Positions 49,088 to 58,148 of a DNA stretch of 64,000 bases are shown in pieces. The stretch's first letter is position 1. Each line of letters opens with the position of its first letter. The notes under the pieces are model-generated. The model searched no databases, had not been told where the DNA came from, and worked only from the letters and a program-made list of their open reading frames with translations. Source of the stretch: an uncultured Parachlamydiaceae bacterium (GTDB lineage Bacteria; Chlamydiota; Chlamydiia; Chlamydiales; Parachlamydiaceae); NCBI GenBank assembly GCA_963742415.1, contig CAVULX010000001.1, forward strand, positions 1 to 64,000, given 5' to 3'. The translations under genes and the position numbers were made by a program.

Positions 49088-50141
49088 GTCTTATTCCCTG
49101 GATTTATGTAAAAACACTCTTTGGTCTAACAATGCCAACTCCCAATGGCTTGCTTCGACGATATTCTTTTATCGCAATTTGGAAAAATTTAAGTTTCCAG
49201 GCAAGTTGGACTCAGATAGAGGAAAACAACTCATTTCTTTTGCCAGCAAGGAGATGATGACCGCAAACTTACTTGCAAGCCCCAAGCTAGTTCAAGCGGA
49301 AGATATGACCTCGTTGGACAAAGAATACCTCGTCGAGCATTTTTTAATGAAAGAAAGCTTCCAACATGCGTCTTCAGGCGAAGCTTTCATTATCGATAAT
49401 TCCGGAGAGTTTCTTTTGACTCTCAATATCGGCGATCATCTCCGTTTCACATTGATCGATACCAAAGGGGAGCTTGAAAATGCTTGGAACCGGCTTCTTA
49501 AAATAGAATCAACATTAAGCAAAACGGTGAGTTATTCTTTTTCTCCCAAATTTGGCTTTTTAACTGCTGATCCCTCTCAATGCGGCACTGCGCTAATCGC
49601 CACGGTGTTTTTGCAACTCTCGGGTTTGATCCATACTGAAAAAATCGATGACGTTTTAGAAAAGCTTGCCGATGAGAGCTTATTGGTGACAGGAATTCAA
49701 GGAAGCCCCACTGAAATTATCGGAGATGTCCTTGCTGTCCAAAATAATTACACCTTGGGTTTGTCAGAAGAAAACATCATCTCCTTATTACGCGCTTTTA
49801 CAACCAAAATCCTCGTCGAAGAACATGCTTCCCGCAACAAGATTCGACAGGAAGACTCCCCGGCTATTAAAGATAAAGTCAGCCGGGCCTACGGCATTTT
49901 AATCCATTCCTACCAAATTGAAGCCATTGAAGCTTTAAATGCTATAAGCCTTTTAAAATTGGGAGCCGAATTCGGATGGCTTAAGGGGGTCTCTTTAGAA
50001 AAATTGAACGAACTTTTCTTCAACAGCCGAAGAGCTCATCTCTTGTGTCAGTATGAGGAAAAAGTGCCTCAAGAAGAAATCCCTCACCGCCGCGCCGAAT
50101 TCATCCACAAATCGCTCAAAGATGTCACCCTGACAATATAA
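49071..50141 (+). CDS. mcsB: McsB-like protein arginine kinase (phosphagen kinase fold)
   Basis: YRNL..FKFP, LVEH, FGFLT.DP..CGT, NNYTLG.SEE, DKVSRAYGIL, RRAEFI; follows mcsA. Confidence 0.88.
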   Translation: MKENGKSYSLDLCKNTLWSNNANSQWLASTIFFYRNLEKFKFPGKLDSDRGKQLISFASKEMMTANLLASPKLVQAEDMTSLDKEYLVEHFLMKESFQHASSGEAFIIDNSGEFLLTLNIGDHLRFTLIDTKGELENAWNRLLKIESTLSKTVSYSFSPKFGFLTADPSQCGTALIATVFLQLSGLIHTEKIDDVLEKLADESLLVTGIQGSPTEIIGDVLAVQNNYTLGLSEENIISLLRAFTTKILVEEHASRNKIRQEDSPAIKDKVSRAYGILIHSYQIEAIEALNAISLLKLGAEFGWLKGVSLEKLNELFFNSRRAHLLCQYEEKVPQEEIPHRRAEFIHKSLKDVTLTI

Positions 50142-50154
50142 TTTGGAGCTTGAA

Positions 50155-51288
50155 ATGGATCGGAAAAAAGGGGTGGGATTAACTCCCGCCGGGCAAACTC
50201 ATTATATTGACCACCTAGCCCCAATCTGCACAATGATGAGGATTCCTTTGCTTTTCATAGAGGAACTCGACTACACCCTGGGTCAAAAATATTATCCCGG
50301 CCTCAAAACCATCAAAAAAGATTATGATGAATTCCATCCTGAATTCCTCATCGCTAATTATGACGTCCTTTTCATGTCAGATCTTTGGGATCGGCGAACC
50401 TTTCATGAGAAATTTGCTCAACTAGAAAAGAAATATCAAAAAGTGTTGCGGCATGTCTATGTTCCCCATGGATATTCTGACAAAGTTTTTTATTTAAGAA
50501 ATTGCGCAAAAGAAGATATCGTTTTGATTTACGGTCAAAACATGTTGGATATGCTAAAGGAGCAAGGGGACTATGAAAATCTGCATCGTTACGTCATTAC
50601 GGGAAATTACCGATACACTTTTTTCAAGCAACACCGCTCCTTTTACGACAGTGTGATCGCTGAAACCCTCAGCCGGTTTGCACAACCGCAACCCCTCATC
50701 CTTTATGCGCCTACTTGGGCGGACCAAGAAGAGTCCTCAACTTTCTTCGATAGCTGCAGCTTGTTGCTCGATCGTCTTCCTTCCCATTATAATATGATTG
50801 TCAAACTGCATCCTCTGTTGGAAATAACTGACCCGGGAAACTATTATTCGATCGTGGGAAAATATGAAAAAAAACCCAATGTCTTATTTTTAAAAGATTT
50901 TCCCTTGGTATATCCTCTCCTCGCGCAAACTTCAATCTATATTGGAGATATGTCGGCAGTCGGTTACGACTTTCTAGCCTTCAATAAACCGATGTTTTTT
51001 CTCAATAAGTATCAAAAGTCTGCACAATATGATCGGAGCCTTTACTTGTACCGTTGTGGAATAGAAATCACCCCAAATCAGTATCCTCAAATCTATCAGA
51101 TTATCGATCAACATTTAGCTAGCGATACTGAAAAATTTGGACATATTAGGAGCAAAGTTTACGAATACACTTTTGGCCCTGAGCGGAGTTTTGCAGAGAT
51201 CAAAGCCGATATCATGGCTGCATGCGCTGATGATTATTACATGTCGATCCAAAAATTACACAAATTCAAAAATCACGCCATTTCTTGA
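50155..51288 (+). CDS. CDP-glycerol glycerophosphotransferase (TagB/TagF)-like protein
   Basis: PHG.SDK, TGNYR, ILYAPTW, VKLHP, IGDMSAVGYDFL...KP. Confidence 0.8.
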   Translation: MDRKKGVGLTPAGQTHYIDHLAPICTMMRIPLLFIEELDYTLGQKYYPGLKTIKKDYDEFHPEFLIANYDVLFMSDLWDRRTFHEKFAQLEKKYQKVLRHVYVPHGYSDKVFYLRNCAKEDIVLIYGQNMLDMLKEQGDYENLHRYVITGNYRYTFFKQHRSFYDSVIAETLSRFAQPQPLILYAPTWADQEESSTFFDSCSLLLDRLPSHYNMIVKLHPLLEITDPGNYYSIVGKYEKKPNVLFLKDFPLVYPLLAQTSIYIGDMSAVGYDFLAFNKPMFFLNKYQKSAQYDRSLYLYRCGIEITPNQYPQIYQIIDQHLASDTEKFGHIRSKVYEYTFGPERSFAEIKADIMAACADDYYMSIQKLHKFKNHAIS

Positions 51289-51955
51289 TTAAAGAATTAG
51301 CGCGGGTTAAATCTTCGGGAAAATCCACTTCTGTACAAAGTTCGGTTCGAATCGGAAGGCTCCAAACGATAAGGCCTTGCTCAATGGCCAGTTCGACCCC
51401 TCTTTCGAAATAATCGGTTGGATCACATTGTTGAAGCCCTTGGATTAACAAAGGGAGGTCTTTAGCTTTTATAAAATTAATGCCTAAGGCTTCCCCCTGA
51501 GGCTTAGAGACGTTTTTTGAAACTTCCAAAATGATCCCTTGGAAATCGCAACGGTATTTGACCTCCTCCTCACCCACAGATCCCACATTTACAACCATGC
51601 ATGTTTGATTAAAACCGATGATGTCCAACACAATAGAAGGATGAAACACCACATCTCCATTGATCCACAACACATCATCGTTAATTTTTTTTAGGGCGCG
51701 CAAGAGACTTTTACTGGTATTTTCTTTTGCAAATGAAGGATTGAACACAAATAAACTATCAGGAAATTTTTCCATAATCATTTCTTTGTGAAACCCCACA
51801 ACGATGAAGATATCGTCCAGGGATATATAGGAGGAGAGATTGAACAACTGCAACTCTAGAAGAGACTTTTTGCTGTCCAAAAGGGTCAGCGGTTTAGGCA
51901 CCTCGACATTGCCGAGGCGGCTCCCCTTACCCGCTGCCAAAATGACGACTTTCAT
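51266..51955 (-). CDS. Phosphocholine/sugar-phosphate cytidylyltransferase family
   Basis: VILAAGKGSRLG..PKPL, NTSKSL, NGDVVF, EVDFPEDL. Confidence 0.85.
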   Translation of the reverse strand: MKVVILAAGKGSRLGNVEVPKPLTLLDSKKSLLELQLFNLSSYISLDDIFIVVGFHKEMIMEKFPDSLFVFNPSFAKENTSKSLLRALKKINDDVLWINGDVVFHPSIVLDIIGFNQTCMVVNVGSVGEEEVKYRCDFQGIILEVSKNVSKPQGEALGINFIKAKDLPLLIQGLQQCDPTDYFERGVELAIEQGLIVWSLPIRTELCTEVDFPEDLTRANSLIKKWRDF

Positions 51956-52015
51956 AGCTATCACCTGCCGAGTTAACTCTAGTTAACCACAGTTCTGTGT
52001 CACCATGTTATTAGT

Positions 52016-53659
52016 TTAATCTTTAGAAGCAAGCCATTTATCCCCTTTTCGCACTACAGGCAAAACGATTCTTGAACCGTTCTCTCCTCCGACGTGCAGA
52101 TGATGAGTAACTGTCTCCTTTCCGTTGCTATCTAAGCTTGCAGTATTTTTTTCAAATCTAGGAAAATTAGACCCTGAAACAATCACACGAATCCTATGTC
52201 CTTTGGCAAAAACAATGCTTGTTGACCAAAGGTCCACATCGACTTCTTTGCTCTCTTTTCCAGGCAGAGGCTGAATTTTATGGGTGCGTGTCAAAGCATC
52301 TGCGATCAATACACTTTTCCCATCCGGGTAAACATCTGTCAAACGCACAGCCAGGTCAGTATCATCTTCATCGGAAGAAAACACCAGCTTAGCAATCACA
52401 CTGCCGGTCACTTCCAAATCTTCAGCTAAAGGCTCTGTCGTAAAGACAACGACATCCTTCCTGCTTTCAATAGGGCGTTGATCCATTGGTCCCGATTGTA
52501 AAAACAAGTTTCTACCACCAATAGTTGGAACAGGATCATGAATGTTATGCGCATAAGTCATGACCGATTCTTTTTGTGTAGCCGAATTTTCCTCCAATTT
52601 GTGGTTCGCCGTTAAATAGTAAGAGAGGTCTTTATGAGGAACAGGCCAAGAGGTGCTTGTGCGCCAAACGTTTCCACTGGAAATTGAACCGTCAAAAGGG
52701 CCCATGACATAATAAGTTACAGCTGGCTCTTCTTCTATTTTATTGGGCAGCCCTTTTAAATAATGGTCGAACCAGCGCAAAGGGCCCAAGTCAACAGGAG
52801 GTTGATACCCTTGCACAGGAACTGCAAAATCCCCAAAATCGGTCTTAGCAGGCCAGCAATGACACCATGGACCTATCAACAGCTTTTGCTTCCCTTTTGC
52901 TCCATCTCCTCCCAAATGTTGTCTTGAGGCAAATGCAAATATTGTTCCTTCGACGAAAGTGTCATACCAGCCCCCTTGATGGATTCCAGGAACTCTCACT
53001 TTTTCTGCTCTTTTGACTGTATTGAATTCATCCCAGAATTCATGATTGTCTTCTTGTTCTAATACAAATTCCAAAACAGCAGGATCCCTAGCTACTAGTC
53101 CCAGCCACCCCTCTACTTGATTTTTTAAAAGCTGCCCTCCCGGAAAGATGGCGTGATGATAAAGACTTGAAGCAGCTACTCCGATATATTGACATTTTAA
53201 ACTGGGTGGAGCTGTGGGGGCCATTAGCAGCTGAGTAATCCCCATGTTTGAGACTCCTAAAGTTCCTATTTTACCATTTGTCAACGGATGCTTCGCCAGC
53301 CATTCGACACAATCGTAGCCATCTTGCTGTTTTCCCCATCCATCTGAAAAATAAGGGAGGGTTTTTCCCTCTTTATCAGTCGCAGCTCGCGTATCTTGGA
53401 TCGCCACCGCATAGCCCGCTTTGGCTAATCCGACAAAAGCGGTTGCAGAAGGGGCAAGCCTTCCAGCAGGACCGCGCAGCAAAATACAGGGGAGATTTTT
53501 TGCTTCGGGATGGGGAAGATAGATATCTGTGGGGAGTTCTGTTCCATCGCGCATCGGAACTATCAGGGTTACATCTGGTTTAACGTCTTCCCCTGAGAGG
53601 TAGAAAAAAGAGGCCAGAAAGCAAACAATAAGACCGATAAAAAATTTACGTTGCAACAT
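52016..53659 (-). CDS. CocE/NonD family serine hydrolase with signal peptide
   Basis: PMRDGTEL.TDIYLP, QDTR, DGYDCVEW, GVSNMG, GGWYD, GPWCH, SNFPRF. Confidence 0.9.
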   Translation of the reverse strand: MLQRKFFIGLIVCFLASFFYLSGEDVKPDVTLIVPMRDGTELPTDIYLPHPEAKNLPCILLRGPAGRLAPSATAFVGLAKAGYAVAIQDTRAATDKEGKTLPYFSDGWGKQQDGYDCVEWLAKHPLTNGKIGTLGVSNMGITQLLMAPTAPPSLKCQYIGVAASSLYHHAIFPGGQLLKNQVEGWLGLVARDPAVLEFVLEQEDNHEFWDEFNTVKRAEKVRVPGIHQGGWYDTFVEGTIFAFASRQHLGGDGAKGKQKLLIGPWCHCWPAKTDFGDFAVPVQGYQPPVDLGPLRWFDHYLKGLPNKIEEEPAVTYYVMGPFDGSISSGNVWRTSTSWPVPHKDLSYYLTANHKLEENSATQKESVMTYAHNIHDPVPTIGGRNLFLQSGPMDQRPIESRKDVVVFTTEPLAEDLEVTGSVIAKLVFSSDEDDTDLAVRLTDVYPDGKSVLIADALTRTHKIQPLPGKESKEVDVDLWSTSIVFAKGHRIRVIVSGSNFPRFEKNTASLDSNGKETVTHHLHVGGENGSRIVLPVVRKGDKWLASKD

Positions 53660-53755
53660 GTCAAAAACCTCATAACTAAGAATGAATGAAGAAGAAAGCA
53701 TACTACCAGAATTGAAAACTCAAAGCACGCAAAAAAGAGCTTGTTGGATTAAATT

Positions 53756-54094
53756 CCATAGAGACAGTAAGAGGCCATTGAGAAAGGGTAGTTTTTTTGG
53801 AGTGCAGCGGCTTGACGCATACGCATCAAGCTAAGGTAAACCATCTGTACCAGGCTGAAAGCCTAGTTTATAATAGCCTGGGGCAACGCCCCAGGTAATA
53901 TCAAGCATAATCATTTGCAGGCTGAAGGCCTTCAATATTAATGCACAATTCCCTGGGGCGTTGCCCCAGGCTATTATAAACCAGGCCTCCGGCCTGATAA
54001 AGATCATATTGGCTGGCTAATGCGTCAAGCACTCCAAAAAGCTATCCTTTCTCAATGGCCTCACATCTTCTCAGTGATCTCACTGGCTCAGTGG
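53756..54094. repeat. Four-layer nested inverted repeats (REP/REPIN-like)
   Basis: Arm pairs 53756-72/54078-94, 53771-96/54036-62, 53797-820/54020-37, 53851-95/53952-96. Confidence 0.88.
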
Positions 54095-54121
54095 TAAATT
54101 TTTTGAGCAGGAGACAAGATG

Positions 54122-54427
54122 CTAGACAGCTGCTTGAGCTTGAGCTGCATGAGCAGTTAAACGGGATTTTGTGCGGCTGGCTTTATTGATTTTATAAATC
54201 CCCCGCTTGACCCCTTTATCCATCAAGCTATAGACTTCATTAAGATTTTCTTTGGTGACCTTGGAATCTCCCTTGGGGAGAGATTCTTCAAATTTTCGGA
54301 TGGCAGTCCGAATGCTAGACTTAAATGCTTTGTTATTCAAACGTCTTTTTTCACTTTGGATAGCACGTTTTTGTGCCGTTGGCCGTTTGACTTTTTGATC
54401 TTTTTTTTCTTTTACTTCTTTAGCCAT
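54122..54427 (-). CDS. rpsT: 30S ribosomal protein S20
   Basis: KRAIQSEKRRLNNKAFKSSIRTAIRKF...DKGVKRG...NKASRTKSRL. Confidence 0.96.
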   Translation of the reverse strand: MAKEVKEKKDQKVKRPTAQKRAIQSEKRRLNNKAFKSSIRTAIRKFEESLPKGDSKVTKENLNEVYSLMDKGVKRGIYKINKASRTKSRLTAHAAQAQAAV

Positions 54428-54550
54428 TATTCCTCTAATATGTTTAACCTTAAGATTGCAATCCTCAAAGTCTTCTGCAAAGTCTCCTTAGAAAGAATAA
54501 AGAAGATCTTGAGTTGCTTTAAAGCTCGCTTATGCTTAAGATTTTAACTT

Positions 54551-55402
54551 ATGATGAAATTCACCGCCACCGAAAATATTCTTTTAATAGATGCTGTTGC
54601 GAATCTGGCTCCAGACAGCTCAAAGTCGACCCACCGCGCCTGGATCAAAGAAGGCCGTGTATATGTCGATGATCTCCCTTGCAAACACGCCTCTATTTCC
54701 GTCTGCCCCAACCAAACCGTCACACTCGGTCCTCGCCCCCGCTATGCGGAAGGAAATATCCCCATTTTATATGAAGATCCCCATCTCGTGGTCATCCATA
54801 AACCTGAAGGGATCTTGAGTGTTGCAACAACATTTCAAAAAGAGAAAACAGCCCATGCTTTTCTAAAATCGAAATATTATCCGCGCCGGGTCTATCCGGT
54901 CCATCGCCTTGACCAAGAAACTTCCGGTCTCATGCTTTTTGCCCTCTCTGAAAAAGGGCGCGATCGGTTAAAAAAGATGCTTGAAAACCATGAGATTGAA
55001 CGCACCTATTATGCCATTGTCGAGGGAAAGGTTGCCCCTGCAGAAGGGACATGGCAAACATATCAACAGGAAGATGCAAATTATTATGTCCATAATTCTA
55101 ACGCACCTTCTCATGGAAAAATAGCCATTACCCGCTATAAGGTTAAAAAAATGACCAAACATTATACCTTTTTAGAATTGCAGCTCGAAACTGGCAGAAA
55201 AAATCAAATCCGGGCTCATTGCCAGTGGGCAGGATGTCCGATCGCCGGCGATAAAAAATATGGGGCGGCAACAAATCCGGCGAAGCGGGTGTGTTTGCAT
55301 GCTTACTCTTTAACCTTTACACATCCGCTGACCGGCAAAAAAATGGCGTTTAAATCTCCCCTTCCTGAAGTTTTTGATCGCATCCTTCACCTTTCAAAAT
55401 GA
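54551..55402 (+). CDS. RluA-family pseudouridine synthase
   Basis: ILYED, KPEG, VHRLDQETSG, ETGRKNQIRAH, GDKKYG, LHA. Confidence 0.93.
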   Translation: MMKFTATENILLIDAVANLAPDSSKSTHRAWIKEGRVYVDDLPCKHASISVCPNQTVTLGPRPRYAEGNIPILYEDPHLVVIHKPEGILSVATTFQKEKTAHAFLKSKYYPRRVYPVHRLDQETSGLMLFALSEKGRDRLKKMLENHEIERTYYAIVEGKVAPAEGTWQTYQQEDANYYVHNSNAPSHGKIAITRYKVKKMTKHYTFLELQLETGRKNQIRAHCQWAGCPIAGDKKYGAATNPAKRVCLHAYSLTFTHPLTGKKMAFKSPLPEVFDRILHLSK

Positions 55403-55884
55403 GGATTCACTCCATGCGGATTCATACCAACCCATTCTACTTAGGCCTCTTAGGGGTTTTCGCTTTCATGGCTTTATGGTATTCGGGGAAATGTGTGTAT
55501 TACTATTACAAGTACGAGACGCTGACCGCTCAAACACATCCTGCACATATCGACTGGTCTGTAAAAACGATCCCGGGAAAATTCTATTTCTTTGAAGAAG
55601 AATATCAGGTTCAAGCTCACTATGCCTACGCTATCCAAGAAAAAACGTACCAGGGCTTTACAGTATTGACCGACACAAAATATCTAAACCCTTGGGGAGC
55701 AGAACAAAAAATCGCAGCACTATCCAAAGAACCGGTTCCCCTGTGGTACAATCCCCGCCGTCCCTACGATTCCACTTTACAAAAATATTTTCCCCTTAAA
55801 GAATGCATATCAACTGCCTTATTATGGGGACTATTGTTCTATTTTGTTTGGTTGGGAATGTATGTGAAAAAATATCAGGGTTGA
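55399..55884 (+). CDS. Two-TM membrane protein (DUF3592-like)
   Basis: N- and C-terminal TM segments around YAY...Y and WYNPRRP..S.L. Confidence 0.6.
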   Translation: MRIHSMRIHTNPFYLGLLGVFAFMALWYSGKCVYYYYKYETLTAQTHPAHIDWSVKTIPGKFYFFEEEYQVQAHYAYAIQEKTYQGFTVLTDTKYLNPWGAEQKIAALSKEPVPLWYNPRRPYDSTLQKYFPLKECISTALLWGLLFYFVWLGMYVKKYQG

Positions 55885-55887
55885 TCC

Positions 55888-56766
55888 ATGAAAACGATTA
55901 CTTTAAAACAAAAAACACCCCAAGGAGAGCCTTTAGAAGCCATATTTCTTCCAGAACGAGGGATGAATCTCATCAGCTATAAAAAAGGTTCCTTGGAAGT
56001 CATCGACCTCTCAACCCAAGCCCTTTTTGAAGAGCGATATGCCGGCCTAGGCGCTCTCATCGGCCCCCACTTCCACCATCGCAATCCAGATGTGATCCCC
56101 CCGATTAAAGATGAAACCCTTTTTCCCCACATTGCCCGCGTTAAAGCAAAAGGGATCAAAGAGCCATTTTCCCATGGAATTGCCCGCTATGCTCCATGGA
56201 ATGCCAGCGCCACGGAAACAAAAGTGACAGCGAAACTCACAGGAAAAGATCTATGGAATGGTGTTCCTTTGGCTGAACTGGAAGGACAGAATTTTACGAT
56301 GGGATTCACCGCAGAATTAACCCCCCAAGGGTTGAGCATTTCCCTCTCAGTTGTCAGCGATAAAGATTCCCTTGTCGGCATTCACTACTACTATTACTTG
56401 CCGCAAGGCAGCGGGAAGGTCATTAGCCAAGTGCAAAAATCCTATATGGAAAATCAGGAACTTAAGCCCCTTCCTGAACGTTGGAAATTAGACCCGTCGC
56501 AAACTTTGACGTTCGACTTGAAAGAAGCAGCCGATTTTACCTTCTATCCCTTTCCCAATGCATTGGAAGGGAATATTTTACTTGATGCAGGGACATATAA
56601 ACTTTTGACGAGGTATTCCTGCCAATCCCAAGAAAATTGCTGGCAATTATACCATCCAGCCTCAGCCTCGTTTGTTTGCATTGAGCCCATCAGTTCACAG
56701 GATCCTCGCCATCCTAACCTCACAGCAAGCAGCATCCAGATCCACATAGAAATTAAGGATGCTTAA
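55888..56766 (+). CDS. Aldose 1-epimerase-like protein
   Basis: PERGMNL.S, HGIARY.PW, GIHYY, FVCIEP. Confidence 0.7.
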   Translation: MKTITLKQKTPQGEPLEAIFLPERGMNLISYKKGSLEVIDLSTQALFEERYAGLGALIGPHFHHRNPDVIPPIKDETLFPHIARVKAKGIKEPFSHGIARYAPWNASATETKVTAKLTGKDLWNGVPLAELEGQNFTMGFTAELTPQGLSISLSVVSDKDSLVGIHYYYYLPQGSGKVISQVQKSYMENQELKPLPERWKLDPSQTLTFDLKEAADFTFYPFPNALEGNILLDAGTYKLLTRYSCQSQENCWQLYHPASASFVCIEPISSQDPRHPNLTASSIQIHIEIKDA

Positions 56767-58005
56767 ATGATTGAAGAAAAAAAAACTGAGGACTCAAAAA
56801 TATCTAAACTATCGATCACTGCGTCTGTGTTTGTTTTCTATTTCTTGCCGGCCCTTTTTTTGAGTTGGCGGGCGGAATCCTCCCGCAACGGGTGGGGGGT
56901 TTTTAGTTTAGGACTATTCATCGCTGCTGCAGGAACATCTGTTTTCTATTATATCCTTCAAAAATGGTCGCGGCAGGTTGAATCCAAGGCTACTAGCCAA
57001 ATCCCAATCCCAATTTCTACACCCCCTGTTACGGAAGACGCGGAAGTGGATCTGACCCCTTACACTTCTCAAATCGAATTATTACAGCAAGCCTTGCAAG
57101 AGCAGTCCTTGAGTCACCAAAAGTTAGCCGATGAGCATAGTCATATCCAAGAAGCTTATCAAAATATTATGAATGAAAAAGAATATGTGCAGCAAGAAAT
57201 TCAAACACTTTTGCAAGATTCCCTTGGCTTAAAACAAAGTGCGAATGAACAGATCGATCACTATAAAGAATTGCTTGGGGAACATCAGCAAACGATAGCC
57301 GAATTACGAAATTCTTTGGAGAATAAACAACATCACATTCTCCAATTAGAATCTAAAACACGCGATCTCAACTACGAGCTTAAAACTTTGTTGCGTTTGG
57401 CCGAAAAACCCATTGAAGCAAGCCCTGAAAGTGTCGCTATGGCCGCCGCTACCTCTAAGCATCCAGTGAAGAGGTCGGAAGAAGGGGATGATACTGCTCA
57501 AATCTTTGACTTTGCAGTGAGAACGCAAGAAGAAGCGCATGTTCACTTAAAAAGGATTCTCGATGTCGCCCAAAGAATCACCGGCACAAGTCCATTTGGC
57601 AGCAGTTCACGCTTTCGGGATTTGCCCTTAGACAATTACGCCCTGGATTTAAGGAGGCTTTTTGAACGGCTCAAAGAGGTCAATGCGACCACCATTTTCG
57701 TTTTTTCCCTGAAAGAAAATAAACTGTTGTTCATCAACGAAGCGATCAAACATTTGCTTGGGCTCCCTCCAGAAAAATTTACCCAAACTTTTCATGAGCT
57801 GCTACAGGAAGGATGCATCGAATGGCAGGAAGCCATCAGGCAGCTTTCTTTCAAGAATGAAGCGAAAGTAGGTCTTTCTTTCAAAAGCCGAAACGGCCAG
57901 GAGTTCCATGTTGATGGCCTCCTAGGCATGATCCCAACCGGCATCTTTAAGCACCACCTCATCGGCATCTTATATTCCAATTCCGCTGGACAAAAATGGA
58001 CATAG
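56767..58005 (+). CDS. Chlamydial UPF0242-like protein (TM, coiled coil, PAS-like C-terminus)
   Basis: Two TM segments, heptad region ending LNYELKTLLRL, YALDLRRLF..L, LLFIN; lies near rpsT as in other chlamydiae. Confidence 0.7.
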   Translation: MIEEKKTEDSKISKLSITASVFVFYFLPALFLSWRAESSRNGWGVFSLGLFIAAAGTSVFYYILQKWSRQVESKATSQIPIPISTPPVTEDAEVDLTPYTSQIELLQQALQEQSLSHQKLADEHSHIQEAYQNIMNEKEYVQQEIQTLLQDSLGLKQSANEQIDHYKELLGEHQQTIAELRNSLENKQHHILQLESKTRDLNYELKTLLRLAEKPIEASPESVAMAAATSKHPVKRSEEGDDTAQIFDFAVRTQEEAHVHLKRILDVAQRITGTSPFGSSSRFRDLPLDNYALDLRRLFERLKEVNATTIFVFSLKENKLLFINEAIKHLLGLPPEKFTQTFHELLQEGCIEWQEAIRQLSFKNEAKVGLSFKSRNGQEFHVDGLLGMIPTGIFKHHLIGILYSNSAGQKWT

Positions 58006-58148
58006 CAGTCTTTAAATCCCTATTGACCTAATGATCCGATAGAAAATTCAAAAAACACAATAACTAAAAGTTGTCCATGTAATTCGTATATTGATTATTA
58101 AAGCAAAAATTGTTATGATTTTTTATTAATTTAATATAATTTTGTCCG

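Noticed and set aside
53971-53985. ATTATAAAC in the inner REP as another TnpB target
   Set aside because: Preceded by AGGCT rather than GGG; a 9-nt AT-rich match is expected by chance.
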